Virus record (IMG/VR): IMGVR_UViG_3300032334_001259
Coordinates: 124,001 to 188,000 of that record
DNA: 64,000 bases
Reading direction: 5' to 3' (one strand)
The position numbers were made by a program, and so were the translations under genes. Shown here in pieces: positions 45,301 to 56,000 of the stretch (its first letter is position 1; every line of letters starts with the position of its first letter). The notes below the pieces were generated by a model that was not told the origin of the DNA, made no database searches, and saw only the letters and a list, made by a program, of their open reading frames with translations.

Positions 45301-46176
45301 CAACCAAGAGACAATACACCAGTCGTAGAAACTTCTGATAGTCGTGATATGAAGTCAACTGCTGTACGTTCACCGATGAATCCAAATGATGCATTTGGTG
45401 ATACTATTGCTAATCCTAAAGATACTGCAACTGGTCGTTATTATGATCCACGTACTGGTGAAGTAGTATCAACATACTCTTATAGTGGTGGTGCACCTGC
45501 TGGTGCAAATCCTGGTGATATAGCAACAGGTGGTTATGGTGCACCTGCACCAAACACTGATTTCTATCCTGAAGATTTCTACAGCAGAACAGCAAAAAAT
45601 TATGATACAATTTATGATCCAAGAACTAACGATGTTGTTCAAGTAGAAAAGCCATCACAATCAGCATATTACTATTATGATGATGTCCATCCTGCAAGTA
45701 GTTCAGTTTATAATCCATATGAAGATTCAGCTAATACTGAATTAAAGAATGTAACTCAAAGTTCAACATATTATGAACGTGATTATCTTGACCCAGGTCA
45801 AAACAGAAACAGTGATATAACAACCGAAAGTAATTTTGATGCGGCAAGTAAAGCTGCAAATCTTGGAAGTGATAATAATCTTGGTATTGCGGCACCAGAT
45901 GCGGCTGATGCACCACTGGCTGTAAACAATTATCAAACTACATATGATGTTCGCACAGGTGAAGTTGTTACAGTTGGTAGCAGTGGAACAGCAGTTCAAC
46001 CACCATCTGTATCAAATGTAAATGGTGTACGGCCAGAGTATGATCCATTAACAGGAAAATTAATTAACCAACCAATTACAGGTGCTAATAAACCACCTGG
46101 AACTGGTGGTGCAAACGGTGGACAAAAGACACCACAAGGAAGTTCACAAACAGGAGCAGGCGGTAAGTCCTGTTAA
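42379..46176 (+). CDS. gp5: Central spike (gp5/VgrG-like) with C-terminal peptidoglycan-hydrolase-like domains
   Basis: OB-fold DP...GRLQVYIP, GMWFVPPD...VLC.F..GD; GHT.VMDD beta-helix start; NNPGNL and Cys/His amidase-like segments. Confidence 0.8.
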   Translation: MTWFTEQETSKTAPNTKSEASAGNRINPGPYIGIVKNVVDPLYSGRLQVYIPDLGGDETDPTSYKSMMYATPFYGRTNIQDGSSFAGSPHSYGMWFVPPDIDNKVLCIFANGDPAKGYWFACIPDWPALHMVPGISGPVDGSSPAPVVDHFDNKDNPSNLSSVRTLDRYIHEYQQKTWEDQGLLQDPDRGPGRSSAQRETPSGVFGISTPGRPILDEDPQLYPDNLGFTSGGVKQKTPGQLMGVMGRKGGHTLVMDDGDANGNNQMFRIRSAAGHMILMNDTKEFLYIINSKGTAWVEMDAKGSINVYAESQMNIFAKDSFSLESSGAIKIKGKTVDILAENGLSLQGADVNVLGSGSTKIAGKQNLHLHSKKNTYLTGESCIQIKADGHIDLKASCHTINTADATKATEAAEVKNKPTNMPQHEPRNKGAGSLTASPTPNAKNNAATNPNNPYGQGNNFGSGGAQPNYGPQTNNVQPVVYNSGPQGSLQGQGSVYGSYKPDNYNGGGIDWTVAGTIAGAIAGIAFSGGSSYNVTNDADPKLSVGEAQNNPGNLPYNNTDTFAVGYNNNLAVYAKPEGGIAALALAFDALNIGVSTRSIDLIQGFLNAKSNVDPKVIDMTRYMHQNLGIVADDYVALYDPNTRIGWVAYAIQYIQGRLIYSYDQVVTGCALSLGISVTDFLMGIQPLTKPWQNNNGYNPLSGFVNPAQNNNIVQRGSSPLQTIGSAIGGGLIGGLIGSFIQGNQRSNQGGIVAVTDANSARRYLEANPNTPNGTVFQYPDGSTFTLGGGSVTYVDNGGYNVTNVQQYGGPTNEAIGSDIRFDGIINNGTQGSGGCATLAQTYAPNLGHTSTWSAGDSITNGTAQPGDVYATFAPGGSYTGQSGTCHTVIFNNYTYDNNGNINGAYVTEQYVGQPPHTAFYSASRTDKYEVFQNFKRVQSDTAPSGANVTQTQQYNNVTGQRTQQSYAQDSNPIPQPRDNTPVVETSDSRDMKSTAVRSPMNPNDAFGDTIANPKDTATGRYYDPRTGEVVSTYSYSGGAPAGANPGDIATGGYGAPAPNTDFYPEDFYSRTAKNYDTIYDPRTNDVVQVEKPSQSAYYYYDDVHPASSSVYNPYEDSANTELKNVTQSSTYYERDYLDPGQNRNSDITTESNFDAASKAANLGSDNNLGIAAPDAADAPLAVNNYQTTYDVRTGEVVTVGSSGTAVQPPSVSNVNGVRPEYDPLTGKLINQPITGANKPPGTGGANGGQKTPQGSSQTGAGGKSC

Positions 46177-46184
46177 ATATACAC

Positions 46185-46571
46185 ATGGCATTATACAAAG
46201 GCTACAGCAGCGTAAACAGAGATTTTGGTCCATTTGCAATAACTGATAATGATCTTATCATACAGGATTTGCTTAATCATTTAAACATACGCAAAGGTGA
46301 AAAGCTACACAATCCAAATTTTGGAACTATTATTTGGTATCGATTATTTGATCCACTTACACCAGCACTTAAGAATGAAATAAAAGCAGATTTAGATAGA
46401 ATTATTTCATATGATCCACGTTTTACGGTTGTAAGTGAAACATTAGTCCAAGAAAGTCCAGATGGTCATGGTTTGGTATTGAGTTTTAGTTTACAGTTCA
46501 GTGGCGGAAACAAGATTGTAGACTTAAGTTTACTGTTCGATAAGAACAGCAGCAAACTTTATGTATTATAA
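46185..46571 (+). CDS. gp25: Baseplate wedge protein gp25
   Basis: DLLNH..IRKGE...NP.FG..I...LFDP, YDPR; TAAATA at 46174-46179. Confidence 0.9.
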   Translation: MALYKGYSSVNRDFGPFAITDNDLIIQDLLNHLNIRKGEKLHNPNFGTIIWYRLFDPLTPALKNEIKADLDRIISYDPRFTVVSETLVQESPDGHGLVLSFSLQFSGGNKIVDLSLLFDKNSSKLYVL

Positions 46572-46614
46572 TAGTAGCATATTATTTTCAAAATAAATAA
46601 TAAGAGGTTTTTAA

Positions 46615-49600
46615 ATGGCTACTAATACTCGTCAAACCAATATATTTGCAGCTGAAGATTGGAAGAAAGTTTATACAACATTCTCCAATGCTGATTTCCA
46701 AAGTTATGATTTTGAAACGCTTCGCAAAGTATTGGTTGATTACATCAAGACTTATTATGCAGAAGATTTCAACGACTTTATTGAAAGCAGTGAGTATGTA
46801 GCACTACTTGATTTGATTGCATTTATGGGACAAAGTGTTGCTTTTCGCACTGACCTTAATGCACGTGAAAACTTTCTTGAAACTGCAGAACGCCGTGATA
46901 GCGTCCTGAAACTAGCAAAACAATTAAATTATGTTCCAAACCGTAATCGTGCAGCTAATGGATTATTAAAAATTAAATCTGTTAATACTACTGAAAACAT
47001 TTTTGATGTTAATGGCAGTAACTTAAGTCGTGTAACAGTTAATTGGAATGATGCAAACAATGCGGCTTGGGTAAGCCAGTTCACACAGATTCTTAATGCG
47101 GCTATTACCAAATCTACAAAGATTGGTAAACCATATGCAAGCAAGACTATTAACAATATTCGCACTGAACAATATAACATTGCAGTACCAAATACTATAC
47201 TTCCAATCTTTGCTTTTAACAGCACAATTAATGATGTTTCAACTAATTTTGAAATTGTGAGCGCAAACATTCTTAACACTGATACTATAAGTGAATATGA
47301 ACCAGGTAGTCGTGGACAATTTGGTATGATTTACCAAAATGATAGTCGTGGTAATGCTTCTTCAAACACTGGATATTTCTTATATTTCAAACAAGGTAGT
47401 TTGAATAGCACTGACTTCCTTATCACAGAAAAGATTGCTAATCGTGTTATTGATGTAGATGTTGCTAATATCAATAACAGTGATATATGGATGTATGAAA
47501 TTACTAATGGTGCTATTGGTAATAACTGGACACAGGTTCCAGCTACAAGTAGTAGCAGTGCAATTTATAATTCCACAGCACGTGGTATCCGCACTCTTTA
47601 TAGCGTTAATACACGCATCAATGACCAAATATCACTAGTGTTTGGTGATGGTAGCTTTGCAGATATTCCTATTGGTAACTATCGTGTTTACTATCGTGTA
47701 AGCAACGGTTTAACTTACCGTATTACACCGAATGATTTAAACAATGTTACTGTTGCTGTTCCTTATATCAGTAGCACTGGTAAGCCAGAAACACTTACAA
47801 TTACTGCAAGTCTACAGTATACTGTAAGTAATAGTAGTCGTCGTGATTTAACAAATGAAATTAAGATTAAGGCACCACAGTCTTATTACAGTCAAGGTCG
47901 TATGGTAAATGGCGAAGATTACAATACTTTTCCATATACAAGTTATAGTGACATTGTTAAAGTAAAATCTGTAAATCGTTATGCTAGTGGTGTAAGTCGT
48001 GGTTTAGATATTACTGACCCTACTGGCAAATATACTTCTACTGATTTGTATGCACGTGATGGTGCTCTTTATAAAAACCAATACAATCAGTTGCTGACTT
48101 TTATATATAATAGTCGCAATGATATTATTAATGTTATCAACACACAAATCTTGCCGATTGTTCAAGATTACCCAATGCGGCATTTTTATTTTGAAAACTA
48201 TACGCCAATAGATTTTGCTACATTACAACCAACTACTTGGGAACGTAGCACAGATGATACTACAAGTAGCACAGGTTTCTTTTTAGATCCTGCTGATAGC
48301 ACAGATACACCAGTTCAAATTGGCAATAGCACAACAACGTATCGCAAATACTTACAAGTTGGTAGTTTGATTAAATTTACTGCACCAACAGGTTATTATT
48401 TTGATGCTACAAATACACTTGTATTAGGTAGTCCAAGCCTACGCAGTGATCGCACTTATGTATGGGCAAGTATTCAAAGTATTACAGGTAGTGGTGCAAC
48501 TACTGTATTAGTTGCTGGTCGTAATATTGGTGCTGTTACTATAAGTGAAAGCATACCAACTGGTGCTATCATAAGTTCAGTTTATACACCATTTACAACT
48601 AATTTCCAATATACTACAATTAATACAATTGTAAACTATATCTTAAACAAAACAGAATTTGCACTTATATATGATTACACTAAAACTGCTGGTGTAAACG
48701 ATCCTTGGACTATTATACCTATTACTAATGTAAATCAAAGTAGTGAATTTAATTTAGGTACACAATATACTACTAATGATAGTAGTTGGTTATTCTTGTT
48801 TACCACTGATACTATAAAATATACTGTAAAATATCGTCAGCTTGATTTTGTATTTGGCAGTCAAAATCAAGTAGCGTTTATTAATACAAATCCACAGATT
48901 GTTTATGATGCTACTACTAACACACGTGTTCGTGATAACATTCGTTTAACAACAGTTAATAGTGGTTTAAGTAAAGATGTTAATATGAATGTTTACAAAA
49001 ACTTTACAACAAGCGATGGTTATAGTGATACAAGTCGTGTATATGTAACATATCCTATAAGCAATACTAATCAGTTGCCAACTGATCCAAGCATTTTTAG
49101 TGAAGCAACTGCTGGCACACCTATATTACTTTTTTACGAGCGTTATAATGATGCACAAAATCTTGTGCGTTATAGATTGTTATCAACAGGAACAATTATT
49201 GCAACATTTAACACATATAGTGATATTAATTATGTTCGTAACAATTATCCAGTTAGTACAGTGTTTTATGCACTTTTAGATCAACTTTTTTATAGAATTG
49301 ATATTACTAATACTGTCACATATCTTACAAACGTGACTAGTAGTTATCTAGCATACTATGGTCGTCAAGACATGGTATTTGAATATCAACATAATGCAGA
49401 AAATACTCGTCGTCTTGATCCAGCGGCCACAAACTTGATTGACTCTTATATTCTTACACGCAGCTATGATGAAAGCTATCGTAATTATGTTTATGATAAT
49501 ACGAACACTGTTGCAAGACCTGCAGATTTAGATACAGTTCAATTAAACAATAGTTATAGTGGATTGTTTAATTATAAGATGATAAGTGATGAAATGATAT

Positions 49601-50007
49601 TAAATCCTGGTGTTTATAAACTGCTATTCGGAAGTAAGGCTGATGTTCAACTGCGTGCTAATTTTCAAGTTGTTAAAAATAGCAACACTACATTAAGTGA
49701 TACAGAAATTAAAACTCGTGTCATAGATGAGATCAACCAATATTTCAGTTTAGATAATTGGGATTTTGGTGACACTTTCTATTTCAGTGAATTAGCTGGT
49801 TATCTTCACAGTAAGTTAAGTAATTACATCAGTAGCATTGTATTAGTTCCTAATGATGCAACAAGTTATTTTGGTAGTCTTTTTGAAATTCGTTGTCAAC
49901 CAAATGAAATTTTCTTAAGTGCTGCAACTGTTGATAATGTAGAAATAGTTCAAAGTGTATTGAGTGGCATTAACAGTGCTGGCATTAATCTGTATCAGGG
50001 ATATTAA
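46615..50007 (+). CDS. gp6: Baseplate wedge protein gp6-like (1130 aa)
   Basis: DF..LR..L, ENFLETA.RR.SV..LA..L.Y.P, FGDG.F..IP, Q.RMV..EDY; TAAATA at 46594-46599. Confidence 0.88.
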   Translation: MATNTRQTNIFAAEDWKKVYTTFSNADFQSYDFETLRKVLVDYIKTYYAEDFNDFIESSEYVALLDLIAFMGQSVAFRTDLNARENFLETAERRDSVLKLAKQLNYVPNRNRAANGLLKIKSVNTTENIFDVNGSNLSRVTVNWNDANNAAWVSQFTQILNAAITKSTKIGKPYASKTINNIRTEQYNIAVPNTILPIFAFNSTINDVSTNFEIVSANILNTDTISEYEPGSRGQFGMIYQNDSRGNASSNTGYFLYFKQGSLNSTDFLITEKIANRVIDVDVANINNSDIWMYEITNGAIGNNWTQVPATSSSSAIYNSTARGIRTLYSVNTRINDQISLVFGDGSFADIPIGNYRVYYRVSNGLTYRITPNDLNNVTVAVPYISSTGKPETLTITASLQYTVSNSSRRDLTNEIKIKAPQSYYSQGRMVNGEDYNTFPYTSYSDIVKVKSVNRYASGVSRGLDITDPTGKYTSTDLYARDGALYKNQYNQLLTFIYNSRNDIINVINTQILPIVQDYPMRHFYFENYTPIDFATLQPTTWERSTDDTTSSTGFFLDPADSTDTPVQIGNSTTTYRKYLQVGSLIKFTAPTGYYFDATNTLVLGSPSLRSDRTYVWASIQSITGSGATTVLVAGRNIGAVTISESIPTGAIISSVYTPFTTNFQYTTINTIVNYILNKTEFALIYDYTKTAGVNDPWTIIPITNVNQSSEFNLGTQYTTNDSSWLFLFTTDTIKYTVKYRQLDFVFGSQNQVAFINTNPQIVYDATTNTRVRDNIRLTTVNSGLSKDVNMNVYKNFTTSDGYSDTSRVYVTYPISNTNQLPTDPSIFSEATAGTPILLFYERYNDAQNLVRYRLLSTGTIIATFNTYSDINYVRNNYPVSTVFYALLDQLFYRIDITNTVTYLTNVTSSYLAYYGRQDMVFEYQHNAENTRRLDPAATNLIDSYILTRSYDESYRNYVYDNTNTVARPADLDTVQLNNSYSGLFNYKMISDEMILNPGVYKLLFGSKADVQLRANFQVVKNSNTTLSDTEIKTRVIDEINQYFSLDNWDFGDTFYFSELAGYLHSKLSNYISSIVLVPNDATSYFGSLFEIRCQPNEIFLSAATVDNVEIVQSVLSGINSAGINLYQGY

Positions 50008-50010
50008 TAA

Positions 50011-53000
50011 ATGGCAAAACGTAAAAGTGAAAACTTTTTACCACAATCTTTTAGAACATTAAGCAATCGTAGATTTTTAAATGCCACTATAGATCCACTT
50101 ATACAAGAGCCAAGTCTTAAGAAGATGTATGGTTATATTGGACAACAGGACCAAAGTCCTGTGTTTGAAAAAGGTGACTATTACATTAATGAAAACGATA
50201 GCTATAGTCAGTTCTATCAATTAGAACCAGGTGTAGTAATCAAAAAACGCCAGTATGGAACTAACACTTATAAAGTAGATAATGTTTACAACTATGTTGA
50301 TTTATTAAACCAGATTGCAGCTGACGGTGGTATTAACAACAATCATGATAGATTGTTTAGTAATCGTTATTACAGTTATAATGGTTTTATTGACCTTGAT
50401 AAGTTAACAAACTATCGTCAGTATTATTGGGTGCCAGGCGGTCCACTTACAGTTGACGTAACTGCAGAAAATACACTTACACAAAAAGATTTTTATATTC
50501 ACCGTAACAGTTATGTTGCTAATAATCAAACTGAATTACAAAGTGCTGCACTTGGTGCAACTGGTTATAGTGTGGATGGTTACAACAATGTTATTAATCC
50601 TACACTTACGCTAGTTCGTGGTGGTAGTTATAATTTTTATGTAAATCAAGACACTGACTTCTGGATTCAAACTGAAATTGGTGTAGATGGTGTAAGTAGT
50701 GTACAGAATAATATTTCAACTCGTGATGTATTGGGTGTTTCTAATAATGGAGCAAAAAGTGGAACTATAACATTTACAGTTCCATTAAGCACTGCACAAG
50801 ATTATCTTATTAACTATCCAACAATTAGCCAAGCTGTTGATTTAATTGTTGATGATGTTACTTACGAAGAATTACAAGGACAAAATTACGATACATTTAT
50901 TCTATCAAACGGATTAGATGGTGTTCGTGCATTCGATGGAAAGTATATTGTTTTAACAAGCACAACTGGTTGGGGAGATATAGCATCTACACAATGGGGT
51001 GGTGTTTGGCGTATAAATGTAGGCAGTGATCCAGCTGCAGCCAATTATCGTTTAATGAATTTAACATATATTGCAGATTGGACAGTTTTAAACAAAGTAT
51101 TTGTTACTCAAGGTGATGTATATGGTCACGTTTATGCATACAAAGATTTATTTGGTGTTATTCAAAAATTTCCAACATTAAGTGCAGCACAAAGTGTTCT
51201 TTATTATGTTGATGCTACAAATCCTCTTGTGTACGGAACTATTCAGCTTGTTGATCCACAACCAAATAGTTTACTAAATGTTAATGATATACTTGGTCGT
51301 GAAAACTATACAAGTCCAAATGGTGTACAGTTTACAAGTGGACTTAAAGTAAAGTTCACTGGCATTGTCGTGCCTGCTGAATATCAAGGTAATGAATATA
51401 TTGTTGAAGGTGTAGGTAGCAGTATTAAACTTATTAAATATGCTGACCTTGTTACACCAGAAATAATTAATACTAATCTAGGTAGTAGTTTTGGTAATAG
51501 TCGTGGTTATGATGCTGATGGCACTGGTTTCGATGGAACTACAAATAGTCCAGAACAAAAAGATTATGTAACAATTAATCGTGCTAGTATTGATGGTAAT
51601 AGTTGGAGTCGTAACAATCGTTGGTTCCATCGTGATGTGCTGCAAGCAGCTGCTGATTATAATAATGTAAGTTATAGCTTTGACAGCAATCAACAAGCAA
51701 AGCGTCCTATTATTGAGTTTTTACCTAATATAAAACTTTACAACTATGGAACAAACTATGCTGGCAGTGTCACTTGTATAGACAGTGTTACAACAAGTGC
51801 TTTTGCACAAGTAGAGGGTTTTAACAGTTATGCTGTAAAGACTGATGGTGTTTATAATAGTGATGGTATACAATTATTGAATGGACTGTCAGTTATCTTT
51901 ACACAAGAAACTGATCCTGTAAAGCGTGCAACTCTTTATCGTGTGCAGAATAATAAAACACGTGCAAGTGCAACTTATAATATACTAACAAATGCTTTTA
52001 CTAACAGTGGTGTAAATTATCTTAACATAAACAATATTGCAAATCTTGCTGTTGGTCAGCATGTTACTGGTAGTGGTATCCCAAACTTTACTACTATTAC
52101 AAGTATTGATACTGTATTTGATCGTGTTTATATAAGCAATAATTTAACACAAGATGTTCCTGCAGGAACTACAATTACATTTGATAACAGTTATGATCAA
52201 ATACATCTTGTACCTATTAAAACATTTACCAATGGCGATACTGTTGTTGCTATGGAAGGTGTTGAGAATCAAGGTAATATGTTTTATTACTTGGATGGTG
52301 AGTGGATTCGTTCACAGATTCGTAACAGTCGTCCACAATTTCCACTATTTGATGTCATCGATAAAAATGGTTATAGTTTTGGTGATCAAACAGTTTATGC
52401 AAGTAGTGACTTTAGTGGTAGTGAACTATTTGGTTATGCAGTAGGAACTGGAACACGTGACAGTGAATTAGGGTTCCCACTTGTTTATAAGAGCATTGGT
52501 AATCTTGGTGACATTGTATTTGAAAACTATTATCAAACTGATACATTTCATTATAGTTTAAATCAAGTTGACCAAGAAGAAAACATTAATCAGGGTTTTG
52601 CAGCGGTTATTGTTGGTTGGAACAACTATACTCTTGCTAATGGTTGGTATCGTGTAAGTGATAAATCTAAACAATACATTACTAAAGTTTTCACTGCAAA
52701 TGCAGTTCAACTCAATAATTTTGATCTTGGTGTTGTTTATGATAACAGCTATTATGAAAATAATATATTCGTTTATGTAAATGGTTCACTACAATCAAAT
52801 TCAACATATGCATTACAGACAAGCAGTTTAACAAGTGTAGTTGTTTTTAATCAAGATTTAAATGTAAATGATCGTGTATTTGTTAAAATTTATGGAACAA
52901 GCACAGTGTACAAAGAAACATACACTATGCCACGCAATCTCACAAACAACAGTGAGAACACAGAATTTACAACTATTACGCTAGGTCAAGTTCGTAATCA

Positions 53001-56000
53001 CTTGATTGAGATTGGTAATAATTTATTAGATTTGGTTGGCGAACCTGCTGGCGCAAATAATTTCCGTGATTTAAACTTTAACTATGTTGGTGGTAAGTTG
53101 TTACAACACAGTGCAAGTATGCGACCAGCTGCACTACTATTTGCAAACCGTGATGTAGATCCAATACAATTCATTCGTTATGCATCTGATAGCTATGGTA
53201 TCTTTAAGAATCAGTTATTGAATTATATCAGTAATACAGAGTTTCCAAATCCAACTAATTATCGTGAAAGTTTGGATATGGTATTAGCAGAGTTTAGTAA
53301 AGTGGCAAATATTGGTCAACCATTTTATTATACTGATATGGTTGGATTTGGTACTGATTTTATTAAAAATAGTTATACAGTTGCTAACACAACATATCGT
53401 CGTTATAATTTGACACAAGATTTTGCAGATGACACTAAAGGTTATCGTGCATTGTATGTCTATCTTAATGGTGTGCTATTACTTAAGAATGTAGATTATA
53501 CTATTGGAACAAGAACTATTACTATTAATGATAGTGTTACTCTTGTACGTAATGATAAGATTGAGGTGTATGAATACAATAGCACACAGGGTTGCAACAT
53601 ACCATCAACACCAACTAAACTTGGTATGTATCCAAAGTTTAAGCCTGAAATAGTAACTGATGACACATATGTAACACCAACTCTTGGTATTATCGGTCAC
53701 GATGGTAGCTTTACAAAAGGTTTTGGTGATTACCGTGATAATATTCTATTAGAATTTGAAAAACGTGTGTATAACAATATTACTACTACATATGCTGAAA
53801 ACAGTGATGTTGATTTAAGTAGTGTTGTGCCAGGTGCTTTTCGTGTTACTAATTATACAATTGATGAATGGACACAATTACTTGCACCATCATATTTGCG
53901 TTGGGCACATATTAACAACGTTGATATTTTTACTAATTCAACCGTAACAGGTGATCCATTTACATTTAACTATGCAACTGGAACTGACAAATTGTTTGCA
54001 AAACCAGTGCCTGGTTATTGGCGTGGTATCTACAAGTATTTTTATGATACCAATCACCCACATACAAAGCCATGGGAAATGTTAGGTTTTACTCAACGTC
54101 CAACATGGTGGACAAATCGTTATGGACCTGCACCATATACAAGTGAAAATGGTGTGTTGTGGAGCGACCTTGAGGCTGGTTTTGTTTATAGTGGAAATCC
54201 TAATGATTCATATTATAATACTCGTTACGCAAGACCTGGTCTTACAAGTATTATTCCTGTTGATGAGCATGGTAATTTATTAAATCCAAACCAGTCTGTA
54301 TTACTCAATTACGATGCAAATTATGCTGCACAGAATTGGGTAGTTGGAGATCAAAGTCCAGCAGAAACTGCATGGCGTCGTAGCGTAGATTATCCTTTTG
54401 CTGTTATGATGGCCTGGTGTCTCGCAAAACCAGCGGAATGGACTGCATTAAAATACAATACACGAGACCTTGCTTATAATACACTTTTAGAACAGTTTAT
54501 TAATAAAAAATATAACAATCGTCAGTTTGATTTTACTGCTACTGATGATACTGATTTTATACCAGGTTACAATGTTTGGTTGCGTGATTATCTAACAAAT
54601 AATAACCTCGATATTACTGAAAATTGGATTAACGTAGCAAATAATAGCACATTTAATCTTGTATACAAGATGGGTGCTTATACTGATAAGAGTTATCTTA
54701 CTATTGTTGCAGACCAAGTAAGTCCACAAAGCACAAACAGTAGTGTTATAATTCCGCAAGAAAACTATCAAGTTAAAGTAACAAAGAGTGCACCAGTTGC
54801 TCGTGCTGTTTATAGTGCAGTTATTGTACAGAAAGTTGTTAATGGTTATCAAGTAAGTGGATTTGACCGTGAGCGTCCATACTTCTTAACCATTCCAAGT
54901 CGTGTAAGCAATAACAACTATACTATCACTGTTGGCACTGAACGTGCTATTGTTTATATGGATAGCAGCGATAATGTATTCAGTTATCCTTATGGTAGTA
55001 TCTTTAATACAAAACAACAAGTGGTTGATTTCCTTGTAAGTTATGGTCGTTATCTACAATCACAGGGCTTTACATTCGAGGATGTTTTAGGTGATAAAAC
55101 TACTAAGAGTGATTGGGTATTAGCTTCAAAAGAATTCTTATTCTGGAATCAACAGCAGTGGGGTGACGATACAATTATTTCCTTGACACCTGCGGGCACA
55201 GATGTTAAGTTTATAAGTACATTTGGTGTTGTTGATACATTATCAAATACAAACAATTATACCAAGGTTGTTAACAGTGATAATGTTACACTAACTGGTA
55301 GTGATTATCGTGTATATCGTGATGATAACTTATTCCAACTTGAATTAAAAAATGCACAAAAAGGCGTGCATCTTATAGACTTGGCGATTATTCAGTATGA
55401 GCATACACTTATACTTGATAACAACACTGTGTTTAATGATATTTTGTATGATGAGCAAGTTGGTAGCCGACAATTCCGTCTGCGTCTTGATGGAGCAAAA
55501 ACAAATGATTGGAATGGTAGTCTTTATGCACCTGGTTTCTTTGTAAATGTAAGTGAAGTTCCGCAATGGGTTGCTTATACTGACTATTATAAGGGTGATA
55601 TTGTTCTATTCAAAAATCAGTATTATGCCGCACAAGATTTTGTACCAGGCACTGCACAATTCAAGAGTAGCAATTGGTATCCAATCAATGGTGATTTATT
55701 AAGTAAAAACCTTATTCCAAACATGGCAAGTGGTGCTGCACAGTTTATTAATTTCCATGATCCAGATAGCACTGACCTTAACAGTGCTGCTGATTTATTG
55801 AGTAAAGCCGAAACAGGATTTAGTCCACGTCAATACTTTGCTGATTTAGGGTTGGATAACACAAGCCAATACAAGTTCTACCTTGGTATGGTAAGCCAAA
55901 AAGGAACACAGGCTGTTCTTAATGCATATCTTCGTAACAAACAAAAGCGTATTGATAGTGATATTAAGTTAGTAGAACAATGGGCAATTAAACTTGATAA

